DNA of 64,000 nucleotides, from assembly GCA_000004695.1 (NCBI GenBank), contig CM000155.2, positions 2,624,001-2,688,000 on the forward strand. Reading direction: 5' to 3'. Each line of letters opens with the position of its first letter. Position 1 is the first letter of the stretch. Positions 27,012 to 52,499 of the stretch are shown in pieces. Under the pieces are notes generated by a model, which was not told the origin of the DNA, did no database searches, and worked only from the letters and a program-made list of their open reading frames with translations. The stretch comes from Dictyostelium discoideum. Taxonomy: Eukaryota. The position numbers and the translations under genes were made by a program.

Positions 27012-28524
27012 TTTATTATTTTTATTATTTTTATTATTATTATTATTATTATTTTTCTCATTTTCAATTGCTTTTTAAAGTTATTCAAATATAGTTATAA
27101 TTAGATGTTTATTATATTATCTACAAAACATTCAAAAGAATCCATCAAATGCAAATTCATTGGTTTTAATTAATTTAAATTTATTTGAAGAAAATGAAAG
27201 TACTGATAATGAATCATTTTTATTTTTTGATATCTTTTATTTAATTAAACAACTACATGGTCTTTCAACAATAATTGATAGTTGGGTAAGTTTGGAATCA
27301 TTTTATAACCACTTTATTATTAGATATTTCTTCATCTATATATATAATACTAATTATTCCAAAATTTATATAGGATAACTTTATTTCATCATTATCAAAA
27401 CCTATATCATTGGTTTCAAATTATATTCAAACCAATTTAAAAAAGATATTAGATGATCCACTATCAATAGATATACTATATAATGATGAATCAATGAGTC
27501 ATTTCAAACCTTTTATATATGATAAAATTAAGGAAATAAAAAAAAACGTTTGGTTAATTAGAGATAAAAATAATAATGTAATTTTTTATCATTTATATAT
27601 ATAAAAAAAAACAATTTTATTAACATATATAAATGTTTTTTTTTTTTTATAGAATTATATTAGAAAATTAAGTGGATACATTAAATCTAAATTTAAAGAA
27701 GTTGAGAAATATGGTTTTGAATTCATAGATGATGTTTCAATTTCAAATCCTTATTTAAAAATTGCAGTAGAAAATGGTTGGCCAATTTCATTTTTATCAA
27801 GCCATTTTAAAAGAGATAATTCAAATCTTTTTGATTATTTATTTAATAAAGAGTTAATAATATTAGAATTATTGAAAGAAAAAGGAGTTGATGGGATTTC
27901 TCAATTGGAATCCTATTTTGTTGAAAATAATATCATTTATATTTTGACAAAGTACCATGGTGATTATTCAAATTTAGAAGAAATCAATGAATTAAACCAA
28001 GAGGATTTATTTGAAATTTTAGTTCAAATGAGTGACAAATTGAAGATATTAGAAAGTTTACAAATATACCATAGAGATATTAAACCTGAAAATATATTAT
28101 TTAAACGTGAAATTGTTAATGGTAACATTCAATCAAAAGTATGTCTAATTGATTTCAGTATCTCTGATTTTGGTTTTATTCTTAAAACAAATGAATCCGG
28201 TTCAAAAATGTATCAAGCACCTGAAATCTATCAAGAAGAATATAGATCAAAAGAAAACGATATTACAAATCAACATTATAAATTGGACATTTACAGTTTA
28301 GGTTTTACATTATCTCATTTAATGAAAAAATTCAATTGTAACCCTCCTTCATTAGTTCAAATTGTCAAAAAGATGATAAAACATAAGGCATGTTTTTTTT
28401 TTTTTTTTTTTTTTTTTGATAATAAAAAAAAAACACCTACTAACATTTAATATTTTTAATTTAGCCTGATGAACGTATAAGTTTAGATGATTTAATAGTT
28501 TTGTTGAAACAACCAACTTTATAA
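23324..28524 (+). CDS. Large multi-exon protein with two protein-kinase-like domains (the N-terminal one with HRDIKPEN and YMAPE, the C-terminal one with HRDIKPENILF and MYQAPE). The model is approximate and shows apparent frame disruptions
   Basis: The approximate exons are 23324-23425, 23547-23758, 23875-23967, 24100-24224, 24303-25382, 25465-26104, 26271-26674, 26758-26976, 27081-27288, an exon ending at 27577 (its start was not resolved), 27653-28387 and 28465-28524. Most junctions use canonical GTAAGT/GTATGT donors and AG acceptors with matching phases. Three problems remain. A +1 frame change occurs near 23697-23702, between ..NIAKYIKHFET and RDNHGYLQKLTIIIEYYEGG. A frame change occurs near 26935-26945 inside exon 8. 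The last intron (28388-28464) needs a GC donor (AAG|GCATGT) to stay in frame. Confidence 0.45.
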
Positions 28525-29070
28525 ATTTTCAACAAATCATTCATTGTATTTTTTTTTTTTTTTTGTTGAATTTGTATGGAAAAAAAAAATTTTAAATTAA
28601 TTTAAAAATAAATAAATAAATTAAATAAATTTACAAAAAAAAAAATAATAAAGAACGGAAATAGAAAAAAGAATGAAAAAAAAATAAAAAAAAAAAAAAA
28701 GAAAAATAAAAAGAAAAGTATTGTTTCACCAAAACAAAATATCTCTATTTTTATTTATTTTTTTATTTTTTTTTAATTTTTTTTTTTTTTTTTGACTCTC
28801 CACAATCCAAAAGAACCCATTGAATAAAATTTTTAATTTTTCGAGACGTGTGGATGGAAAAAAAAAAAAATTAAATTAAAATTTAGGTTGATCAAAAAAA
28901 AATAAAAAAAAAAATAAAAACAATAGAAAATATCATTTTTTTTTTTTATTTTTTTATTAATAATATATTTTTTTTTTTTTACAATTGTTTTTTTACTTTT
29001 CCAATTTTTTTATTAATAACTTTTATTTTTATTTTTTAGATGTATATATTAATTTAAATTATACCACTGG

Positions 29071-29109
<39 letters not shown>

Positions 29110-29193
29110 AAATAAAATAAAAAAAAAAAAATAAAATAAATTATACCACTAATATAAATAAAAAAAAAAAAAGGAAAAAGGTAAAAAGGAAAA

Positions 29194-30513
29194 ATGAAGA
29201 ATATGTTAAATATAATTTTAACATTGACAATAATTTTTATAGGATTAATTAAAATTTCAATATCAAGTGATAGTGGATCATCAGAAAATGGTATTTATTT
29301 TTATACATATGATACAATTTGCGAATTTACAAATTCTATAAGAGATGACGATCAGTATGAATTATATTATGTACAAGCACCATTGATGTATGCAATTTAT
29401 GGTGATCTTTTCGAAAAGATTAATGCTTATCATAGTGGTGTTGGATTTTATAATTTAAATGGTGGGCCAAATATATCAATAGATTATTTCGCAGGTCCAA
29501 CCCTAGAGGATGCATTAATACCACAGAATATTACAAAAGATTCACAAGGAAATTATAATTTAACATGGAATACTTATGGATTAATAGAAGTTACCAATTA
29601 TATTAATGAAACTTATTGGAGTAAAAGAGAATTGATTATGTATGGACTTACAGGCTTACAAGTCAAACAGTATTTAAGTTGGGCTCCAATATATAACCAA
29701 ACTCATCCAGTTTATAATTTATTTAGTATTGCATCAGCTGATGCCAGTGGTAGTGGTGATAATGGTTATTTAGAAACAATATTACATAATTTAGGTATTG
29801 GTGGTGGTGGTGGTGGTAGTGGTAGTGAAAATTTAATAGTTTATCAAAATAGTAGTACTTGTGATGATTTCGTCTGGGCAAGTTTTAATACTATTTATCA
29901 ATTAGGTGGTACTTTAGTTGGTATGCAAAGTAATCCTCCAAAAGATCAAATAACATTATTTACAACTGATGAACCAACTATTGTGGATTATAATAATATT
30001 ACACAAAGGAATCAATTGGCAAGCTTTTATATTAATTTAATGGGTATTGCAAATAAGAATGAAAGTGCTCTTCAAATATTCCAAGAATTAATATCATTAT
30101 TTAATGGTACATTCTATTGTTATATAGATGGTGTTTATTATGAATTACATTTATCCAAACCAACACCAATTTCATTTACATATCAACCATCACCAATGCC
30201 AACAGGTCAAAGAAATTCAAATTCTATAGAAACACTTAATAATTGTTATTCGAAATCTTCAACTGATAATCAATCATTTTTCAATAGATTTTCAAAAATT
30301 CAAATCATTTTCATATCTATAGCTATTGGATTTGGTGTTGTAATAATATTATACATATCAATTGGTATTATGGTTAATAAGTCTAGAGGTAAATCTGGTA
30401 CAAACTTAATTCCAAATAAAAAATTATGGACTTCCATTGGTTCTAAATTTAAAAGAGATAATAATAAAAATAATTATAAACCATTGTTATATAATGAAAA
30501 TACAATTCAATAA
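29194..30513 (+). CDS. Hypothetical type I membrane glycoprotein (signal peptide, large N-glycosylated ectodomain, a single C-terminal transmembrane helix)
   Basis: It is a 439-aa single ORF beginning MKNMLNIILTLTIIFIGLIKISIS. It has many NxS/T sites and a Gly-rich tract, a transmembrane segment IQIIFISIAIGFGVVIILYISIGIMV, and a basic tail. Confidence 0.55.
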   Translation: MKNMLNIILTLTIIFIGLIKISISSDSGSSENGIYFYTYDTICEFTNSIRDDDQYELYYVQAPLMYAIYGDLFEKINAYHSGVGFYNLNGGPNISIDYFAGPTLEDALIPQNITKDSQGNYNLTWNTYGLIEVTNYINETYWSKRELIMYGLTGLQVKQYLSWAPIYNQTHPVYNLFSIASADASGSGDNGYLETILHNLGIGGGGGGSGSENLIVYQNSSTCDDFVWASFNTIYQLGGTLVGMQSNPPKDQITLFTTDEPTIVDYNNITQRNQLASFYINLMGIANKNESALQIFQELISLFNGTFYCYIDGVYYELHLSKPTPISFTYQPSPMPTGQRNSNSIETLNNCYSKSSTDNQSFFNRFSKIQIIFISIAIGFGVVIILYISIGIMVNKSRGKSGTNLIPNKKLWTSIGSKFKRDNNKNNYKPLLYNENTIQ

Positions 30514-30606
30514 AAATAAATAAATAAAAAAAAACAAAGTAAAAAATAAATAAAAAAATAAATAAATAATTTTTTTTTTTTAATCAATCTTATTTATAAA
30601 ATTCTT

Positions 30607-34323
<3,717 letters not shown>

Positions 34324-34438
34324 ATTATTAATGTATATGTAAATAAATATATATAAATATATATCCTATTACATATACGAATATATGTAATATTAATTTA
34401 TTTATTTGTAATTATTATTTTTTGATTTTAACAATAAT

Positions 34439-34477
<39 letters not shown>

Positions 34478-34869
34478 AAAAAAAAACTTCCAAATTTAAA
34501 TTTTTTGGAGGGAAAATAATTATTTATTTTTGGAAAAAAAAAAAAAAAAAAATTAATTATAAATCATTAAGAACATTTCTTAGACTTTAAATTCTTATGG
34601 AAATTATTTATTATTAAATATCTTGATTAAATTTATTTTAAAAAAAAAAAAAAAAAAAAAATAGATAGATATCTTTAGAGGCCACTAAAAAAAAAAGTAA
34701 ATATTTTCGGAGGTCATATAAAAAAAAAAAAAAAAATTTAAAACCCAAATTATTATAATATTACTACAAAAATTTTAATTTACTTCCTCTTGTTCTTTTA
34801 TTTATAAATTTAACTAAAAAAATAACAAAAAAAAGGTTTATCCAAATTTTTTTTTTTTTTTTAATTTTT

Positions 34870-36323
34870 TCACTTCCATTTAGATATTTGAACCAATCTA
34901 TTTATTAATCTTAAATATTGTAAATCTTTTTCTAAATCTTTTCTTATTTCTAAATCATGATAATTCATTATTTTAAAAACATTACATGGTTGAACTAAAA
35001 TATATATATATATATAATTAGAATATTGATATCTTTTAATTTGAAATAATTATAATTATTATACATACCAGGTAATTCATAATTAGAAGTGACTAAACCT
35101 GCATATTCGGATGTTGAAACTTGATCAGAAAAAGTGATAGCTAAAATGGGAACAATACCCAAAGCAATTGATTCTTTCATTCTTTTTTCCATTTTTCTCA
35201 TTGTTTCAACACTGGTGAAACTTTTTATTGATACAACAAATAAGAATACATTAACTGAAAATTCTGGTTTAGGAATACTGCCAATATTAAATTTTTCATT
35301 AATTGCTAAATTATTATAAACTCTACCCTGAACTTTATATTTTAATTCTATATCACTATCACATAATCCCCACTATTTATAAAAAAAAAAAAAACCCATT
35401 GATTAGTTTTATTATAATTAAATAATTAAACAATTATAATAATAATTAACTTACAGTATCTACGAATGAAATATCAAAACCACTTAAAAATGAATTTGAA
35501 AATGGATCATTTGAATAATTTGAATCGATAATACTTTTAATTGATCTATAAGTGATACGATTAGTTGAGAAATAAGTGCTACCACCATGTTCTTCAGAGA
35601 AATTTTGTTGAATTGTAGAAGATAAATTGAAAAGATTAATTAAACCCATAATTAAAGAAGTTTTACCTGAAGAAGCACAACCTTCCAAACCAATGGTTAA
35701 ACGTTTATTTGGTTTTAAATCACCTAAATACCAACTGATATTTGGATACATATTACTGAAATAATTAACACCAATATCCAAAGTAAATTGTACATTTATA
35801 TTAAACATTGGCTGAAATGAACAACCTAAATTTCGTTGAAATTCATTAAAAGTTATTAATTGTTTATAATATGTACCTGTTGTTGAAGTTGTTGATGCAA
35901 TGATTGCTGCTGCTGCTGCTGATGTTATTGATGATGATGATGATGATGTTGTTGTTGTTGTAGTCATTGTTGAAGTATTTGTAATTGATGGATGAAGACT
36001 TAGTGTATTAGGTATTTCAATTGATTGAGAACCATAAAATTTATTTGTAAATATAATTTTCGTACCTTTTACAACATTATTTTGAATATCTTTTGGTGAA
36101 ACTATAACCATAATCTCCAAATTATCCTTAATTGGTGATAATGTTTGACTTGAAATTAAAAATGCTTCAATTCTAATTGGTAAATTATAAACTTCTCTAA
36201 AATGAATTTTAAATTGATAAAGTTTATTATTCTCCTGATGATTTGTTAATGAAATATTTGAATTAGAAGAGGATGATATCGGTATTGGTTGTGGTAATAT
36301 ATTTAAACTATTACTATTATTAC

Positions 36324-36380
<57 letters not shown>

Positions 36381-37407
36381 TAATACTATTATTATTTGTA
36401 CATTTTGTATTTTTATTATTTAAATTTGCTGATAATAATTCATTTGAAAAATTATTAAATGGTTTAATATCTTTACTTGAAATATTTTCATTTTCTTCTT
36501 TATTTTCTTCTTTATTTTCTTCTTTATTTTCTTCATTTTCTTCATCATCAGTATCTTCATCATTATCATTATCATTATTATTATTACTATTAATTAATAC
36601 ATTTTGATTTATTGAATAAATTGTTTTTAAAGTTGATTTTATATTATCAATAATATCATTTTTAAATGAGAGGGTAGTTTCTTTAAAAGGTTCATTATTA
36701 TTTTTATCTTTAATAATATTTAAAAGTTGATAATTATCTTTAAGTATTGATAAATGTTGTTTATTTGATTGATTATAAATTTGATCGATTGAGTAGTCTG
36801 TTATTTTAAAGATTGGTGGTATTGTTGGAGGTGATTGAGTGGTTGAATGTTTGGTAATGAGTGAATTGATTAATTGAACTTTATTATCTAATAAAGATTT
36901 GGTTTTTAAATATAGTTCTTCATTATCTGTAAATAGGGTTTCTAAAGTTCTTTTAATATCAAGCTCTAAAATTTGTAAAATTTGATGTAACTGTTTGAAT
37001 TTATCCGATAATTGATTCATATTACTTTGATGATTTAATTTAATTTTTTGGAATTGTTGTTCAACAATTTGTATTTTTTTTTTACTTTTTTCTTTAAATC
37101 TTTGAGATTTGTTATAAGTTTCATTTAAATCTTTTAATGTATTTTGTATCATTGATTTTGAAATTAATGAAAATGAGTGACCTTTATGTCCAATACTACA
37201 GATACAAACTAAACATACAGGAATTTTACAATCTTCACAAAAACTACAAATTTCACTATCACTATGTTCAAAACATTTTATATCAAATATTGTTGTTGGT
37301 ATTATTGTTGTTGTTGTGGTTGATGATGATGTTGTTGTAGTGGTAGTTGTCATCGTTTGTAATGGTGATTTTTGTGAATCATTTTCCATTATATTTTTAA
37401 AAACCAA
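34870..37407 (-). CDS. B-box zinc finger / coiled-coil protein with a C-terminal P-loop NTPase (GTPase-like) domain, three exons
   Basis: The exons are 35455-37407 (B-box-like CFEHSDSEICSFCEDCKIPVCLVCICSIGHKGH, a long coiled coil, a polyN and acidic linker, and a Walker A motif GLEGCASSGKTSL), 35069-35372 (WGLCDSDIELKY..MRKMEKRMKESIALGIVPILAITFSDQVS) and 34870-34994 (..DLEIRKDLEKDLQYLRLINRLVQISKWK, then stop). All junctions are canonical and in frame, giving about 793 aa. Confidence 0.65.
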
Positions 37408-37842
37408 CTTTTGTTAATATATATATATAGATATTTTGTTTTGTTTTGTTTTGTTTATTATTAAATTTTTGTTGTGTTTTATTTTTTTTTTTTTTTTTTT
37501 TTTTTTTTCAACTCTTGTGTTGGCGGTTTGATGACATATTTTTTTATTTTTTTTTATTTTTTTTTTTTTTTTTAATTTTTTTTTTTTTTATTATTTTTTT
37601 TATTATTTTTTTTTTTTAGTTTTTTTTTTTCCTCTTTACATTTTTACATCTTTCAAGACAGTGTTGTTTTTTTTACTTTTTTTTTTTTTTTTTTTTTTAT
37701 ATATATATTAATAAATATGATTATGGTGATTGTGATTGACAAGCACCAAATAATTTCCCAAATTATTTATCTTGTGTTTTTTTAAAAAAGTAATAATTTA
37801 TTTATTTTTATTTATTTATTTATTTTCTTATTTTTTTCTTAT

Positions 37843-40745
37843 TTAGGCATTTGTTGTGTTATTAGTATTATTAATTGAGAAAGTTAATAAAGTTTTCATT
37901 GAATTTAAATATTCTTGTAATTCAGTGACTGATTTAATTGAATTTTCAGAAACATTTTTGGCAATTGATTGAGTATTTAAAGTTTCAAGAATAGTTGATT
38001 TGTTATTATCATCTTCAGTTAAAGATAATTTTGATAATGATTTTTCATTAATAATATTTGATAAATTTAAAGAATCATCAGAAAGTTTTTTAACTAATGT
38101 TTCTAAATCTGTGCGAATAGTAGTATGATATTCTTCTTTCTTCTTTGCTCTTTTACCTGGTAATGCAGAGTTCACTAATAATGCTATGAATGAGAACCAA
38201 GTGATTGGTTCAATAAAACTTGATACAACCATACGACTTGATCTAGATAAACTATTCAAACTATTACCTAAAACAACAGATTCTCTAATATTATCACTTA
38301 AAACTTTAACAATTTCAGTAATTTCATTATTAATTAATTCTAATAATTCTTTAACTTGTTTTAATTTCTCTTCATTAACTAAATATTTTATAAAAAATAA
38401 TAAAAATGAATTAATAATTATAAAAATTTTAATAATGATAATAATAATAATAATTTAAATACATTACATTCTTTTAATAAATTTAAAATTAAATTTAATA
38501 ATTTAAAATTATTTAAAGTTGAAATACGAGTTAAATTATCAATTTTATGAGAATTGATAGAATTTAATTTAGTTGTAGTTGATTCAAGTGAAATTAATAA
38601 TTGATTAAATTGATTTAAATCAATTGGTGATTGAGTTGAAATTAAATATAGAATATTTAAAATTTGTCTACGATAGGTTAATTGTAAAAGAAGAGTTGAT
38701 TTCTCTGTATTTTCAAAATAGAGTGAAGTGATACCTTGAATTTGATTTTCAACTTGTTTGATAGAGTCGGAATTAGAGGTGGTAGTTGGATTAAATTTAT
38801 CAAAGATAGTATTATCATGATTGAATGAAAGGGCATTCAATACTTCATTTGAACAATCGAAATTAATTGGATCAGTACTTGAGATTTGAGATTTACAAAT
38901 TTCAACGAATTGAGAGGCAGTGAAATTAGCATTTGGTAATTTTTTAAAACGAATTAACATGAAATTAAATAATTGTCTTTCAGTTTCGTAAACTGATTTT
39001 TGGAAAGAGTTGGCAACTTTAACTTGGAATTTTTGAATCTCTGTGATTTTACTGTAACAACCATTTTGATAACAAGCAGCAACATAATCAGCTGTCGATT
39101 CATTTTCATTGTAGAATTTAGCAGACTTTTCAAAAGCGTTAATTGCATTGGAGAAACAAGTTGGTTCACGAATAAATTGATCAGCGACTAAATGACCGAG
39201 TGTATCATATTGAATATTTTTAATGTTTAAAATTTTGAAATGATTACTTGCCAATTGATGTGCGCCCAATTCAAAGTATAATGAAAGAAGGTAAAGATTG
39301 AATTGATAGTTTTTGGTTGAAATGGAATGAGCAAACTCCAAGATAGCGGCACTTTCTAAAAGTAATGAAACTTGTTTGGTTTTTTCATATTGATCCATTA
39401 AGAGGAAATGACAAATTAAAATTAAATCATCACCTGGATAACGTTCAGATTCAATTGCCAATGGGAATTTCTTTGTATTGTATTGATATTCTTCAAGGAT
39501 TTCTTTAATGATTTTGATTGATTCTTCAATACTCATTTCCAATTGTAAACCTAAAACTCTGGATAACTTGTGATAATTTGAAAGTTGGCTAATATGATTA
39601 GCTTCATCTTTATCCAATGATACTAATTTATAAATACGATCCATAATTTCTTTACGTTGTTCAATGGATTTTTTAGTTTCAATAAATTGTAAATATTTCT
39701 TTAAATCTGAATAGAGTACTGGTTTTGTACCAAATTTAGTGAAATAATTTAAAATTAACTCTATGAATTTATTAAAGACTGGACCATCGATGTTTGCAGC
39801 AGGATTACCATTGGCGGTGGTGGTAGTTGTCAATAATCTATAGTAAATTTCAATCTCTGCTAATAATGGACCACGTAATAAATGTTTACTGGTTTGTTGT
39901 GATTGAATATTTTGAATGAATTGTTTGGCATCGTCAATCTTTGAGATATCATTGAGTGACCAAATGTTATCGAAATAACCCATATAGCATGACCATTCAT
40001 CCGGTTCATATTTTGTAAGGATTTCAGAGTAGTTATTGGCTGCTTCTTGATGATTACCCAACTTTTGATTAAGGTCACCTAAAATCTTTAAACGTTCAGT
40101 TGCAACATTATAAAGTTCACCCAATTTGCCTTTAATAAGGTTAAGATGTTCACTGGTTTTACCTTGAATATCCAATACGGTTTCATACATATAAAGATGT
40201 TCACTTGTTTTGATTTTACCTTCTTCTACTAATTTCTCTGCTAACTTTTGTGATAAACCAATAAAGAGTTGGTTTGAAGGGTTGTCATGAACCATCGATA
40301 AAATGGTCATTAAATACCAAAGACTATGTTGATGAGATGGGAAATTCTTTTGTAAATCTAGTATGACTTGTTGTTGTTGTTTATAATCTCTAACCTTTGC
40401 ATATGCTAAAAATAAACCTTCTGCTAGATTTTCGTTCTTTGGATAGGCTTTAACTGATGCTTCGTAAACTTTGGTCATTTTGTATCCTTGTTGAACTGAT
40501 TTATAAAAGTAATTTAAATTTGATAATAAAGTTTCATTATAGTGTCCAATGAATGCAACTTCATCTGCACATTTAATTGCCTCTTCATTTTCACCCAATT
40601 TAATTAATGTAATTGCTTTTAAAACTTTGACAATATTTGTATTTTCATCCTTCTTTTTTGTTAAAAGTGCATTACATAATTTTAATGATTGTTTATTATT
40701 ACCAGAATCTAAAGCTGAATAAATTCCACTTAATTTATTACTCAT
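37843..40745 (-). CDS. naa25: N-alpha-acetyltransferase 25, the NatB auxiliary subunit (MDM20 homologue); TPR-rich; two exons
   Basis: The exons are 38468-40745 (GTAATG donor, phase 1) and 37843-38378, giving about 937 aa. The N-terminus IYSALDSGNNKQSLKLCNALLTKKKD..VLKAITLIKLGENEEA aligns with human NAA25 IYDYLDNGNNKMAIQQADKLLKKHKD..VLKAIGLQRTGKQEEA. Similarity continues through the TPR region. Confidence 0.8.
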
Positions 40746-41090
40746 TTTATTTTAAATTGGATAATTGAAAAAAAAAAAAAAAAAAATGAAAAAAAAAAAA
40801 AAAATCATTTTTAAAAAAAATCCACAAAAAAAAAAAAAAAAAAAAAAAAAAAATGATCACAAAAACGTTCAATTTTGATTTTTGTTTTTATTTTTTTTTT
40901 TGACAAAAGACAAATTTTATTTTTGATTTTTTTTTTTTTTTTTTTAATAAAAAAATGATTTAATTATGAATTTAGTATTTATAAATAGATCACTAAAAAT
41001 GATATAAAATATTAAAAAAATGAATGTAATTATTCTGTTTTTTTTTTTATTTTTTTTTATTTCAAGACTTAGAGGATAAAAAAAAAAGAT

Positions 41091-41140
41091 TCATAAATTC
41101 ATATAAAAAAGATTCATAAATTCATATAAAAATAAAAACT
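41091..41140. repeat. Tandem duplication of a 25-bp unit (gattcataaattcatataaaaaa)
   Basis: This is a direct read and the two copies are adjacent. Confidence 0.8.
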
Positions 41141-41566
41141 AAAAAAAAAAAAATAAAAATCAGAGAGGCCTTACAGTTAACATTATTTATCTAATTTATG
41201 ATTTTGCTGTTTGTTTAGCTTTGCTTCCAAATTTGTAATAAAAAAATTAAAATTGAAAAATTATGGGTTTATTATTTTTTTTTTTTTTTTAAGAAAAGCA
41301 CGTGGCTTTATTGAATCTTTCATTATTATTTTAATTTTCTTTAAATTGATTTATTAAAGTTGATTTACCAAAAGTTGCAGTTTTGGATTTTAATACTGAT
41401 CGTGCTCATTTCACACTTGGTTATTTTGCTGGTCAAAACAGGAGTTGTTGGATTTGTAAGCCCGGTGAATATAAAATGGTCATTGTTTAAAAAAAAAAAA
41501 AAAAATAATAATCCAAAGAACTTTTTTTAAATACAGGATATTATTTATTTTAAAAATTTTGATTAA

Positions 41567-46007
<4,441 letters not shown>

Positions 46008-46071
46008 TATTTATTTATAATATATTTTTTAAATTTTAAAAAATATATATATATTTTTTAATTACCACCCA

Positions 46072-46118
<47 letters not shown>

Positions 46119-46222
46119 TTTGCCTATCCAATTTTTAAAAATTTTCAAACCCCAAAGGTTTTAAATTTTTATTTTTATTCATTTAAATGGACAAGGACCT
46201 CATATAAATAAATAAATAAAAC

Positions 46223-46268
<46 letters not shown>

Positions 46269-46578
46269 TAATTTAAAAACACACCCACAAATTTGTAAAT
46301 GGATAAAAATAAATAATAAAATTGTGTTGAGTGGCTATCAGTTTAGTGGTATTTTTGTTTGAAAAAACTTTTTATGTTTTTTAAAAAAAAAATTTGTATA
46401 CAACAAAAATTAAATTATGTTTAAATGGGGCAGTTGTTTTTTTATTTATTATTAAATTTTACAATAAACTTAATGTTTATATTGTAATATTAAATTGAAA
46501 TTAGTTGACTTGGTTATAAAATTTTAATAAAAATATATAATAAAAAGAAAAGAAATAATATATTAATTTTAGTTTTTT

Positions 46579-51380
<4,802 letters not shown>

Positions 51381-52068
51381 CTTTTTTTCTTTTTTTTCTT
51401 TTTTTTCCAACAAAAATAAATATGAAATAAATAAAAATAAATGTAAAAATCTATTTTATTGTTATTATTTTAAGGGATAATTATTATAAAAAAAAATTTT
51501 GATTCTATTTTTTTATACGAAAAAAAAAAAAATAAAAAAAAAAATAAAAAAAAAAATAATAAAAAATAATAATTGTAATAAAAATAATTGAATATATATA
51601 TTATATATATTATACAATCAAAAAATCATTGTGTGAGTATAACCCCATTTAACCCATTTTTCAACTGTTTTTTTATTTTTTATTTTTTATTTTTTTTTTT
51701 GTAATTTACTTCACCCCAAAACAGTTCCTATTGCATTTATTTTGAAGCATATTCAGTAATTGTAAAGTGTAAAAAATTTTTAAATTTACAAATTTCCTTT
51801 TTTACCCAATAGAAAATTCTATTTTGTGTGTGTGAGTGTGCATATATATCTTTCCCCTAAAAAAAAAAAAATGAATTGTGTAATATGAGAGGTAAACAAA
51901 AATTGATAAAAAATAAAAAAAAAAATAAAAAAATAATTATTTTTATTTTTTTTTTTATTAAAATTTTTTCACGTTTTCCACCAATAATCGAACTTGTTCT
52001 GTGAAAATAATTATATGTAAATTTAATTGATTAATTAATTAAAAATAAATAAATAAAAAAATAAAAAA

Positions 52069-52278
52069 ATGATAAATAGAAAACCAACAAGAATTGAATT
52101 AAATATGGAAGATATTGAAGAGTATGAACAACTAAAAAAAGAACAAACTAATTCATATAAACAACAGCAACAACAACAACAACCAACTACAATTTCAACC
52201 CCAAAACAATACCCACTCTTAAACACTACCCAACCACCAAAGAAAACTACTGCCCAAATCATTGGTTATGATCAATAA
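52069..52278 (+). CDS. Hypothetical small protein (69 aa), with a charged N-terminus and a Q/P/T-rich tail
   Basis: The ATG-initiated ORF reads MINRKPTRIELNMEDIEEYEQLKKEQTNSYKQQQQQQQPTTISTP... It is less AT-rich than its flanks, uses typical coding codons (CAA, CCA, ACT), and ends at TAA before a (taattaa)n tract. Confidence 0.35.
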   Translation: MINRKPTRIELNMEDIEEYEQLKKEQTNSYKQQQQQQQPTTISTPKQYPLLNTTQPPKKTTAQIIGYDQ

Positions 52279-52499
52279 TTAATAATTAATAATTAATAAT
52301 TAATAATTAATAATTAATATATACAAAAAAAAAAAAAAAAAAAACATCATCCTAATAGATTAGATGCTTTTATTTTATATTATTTTAAAAAATATTTAAA
52401 TAAAATCCATATATAATGTAATATATTATTACCAAAATAAAAATAATAATAATTATCTTTTTTTTTTATTTGTTTAATTTTTTTTTTTTTTTTTTTTTT

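Noticed and set aside
38954-39191. Short ORFs on both strands inside the NAA25 coding region
   Set aside because: They are antisense or off-frame ORFs within a well-supported long CDS.
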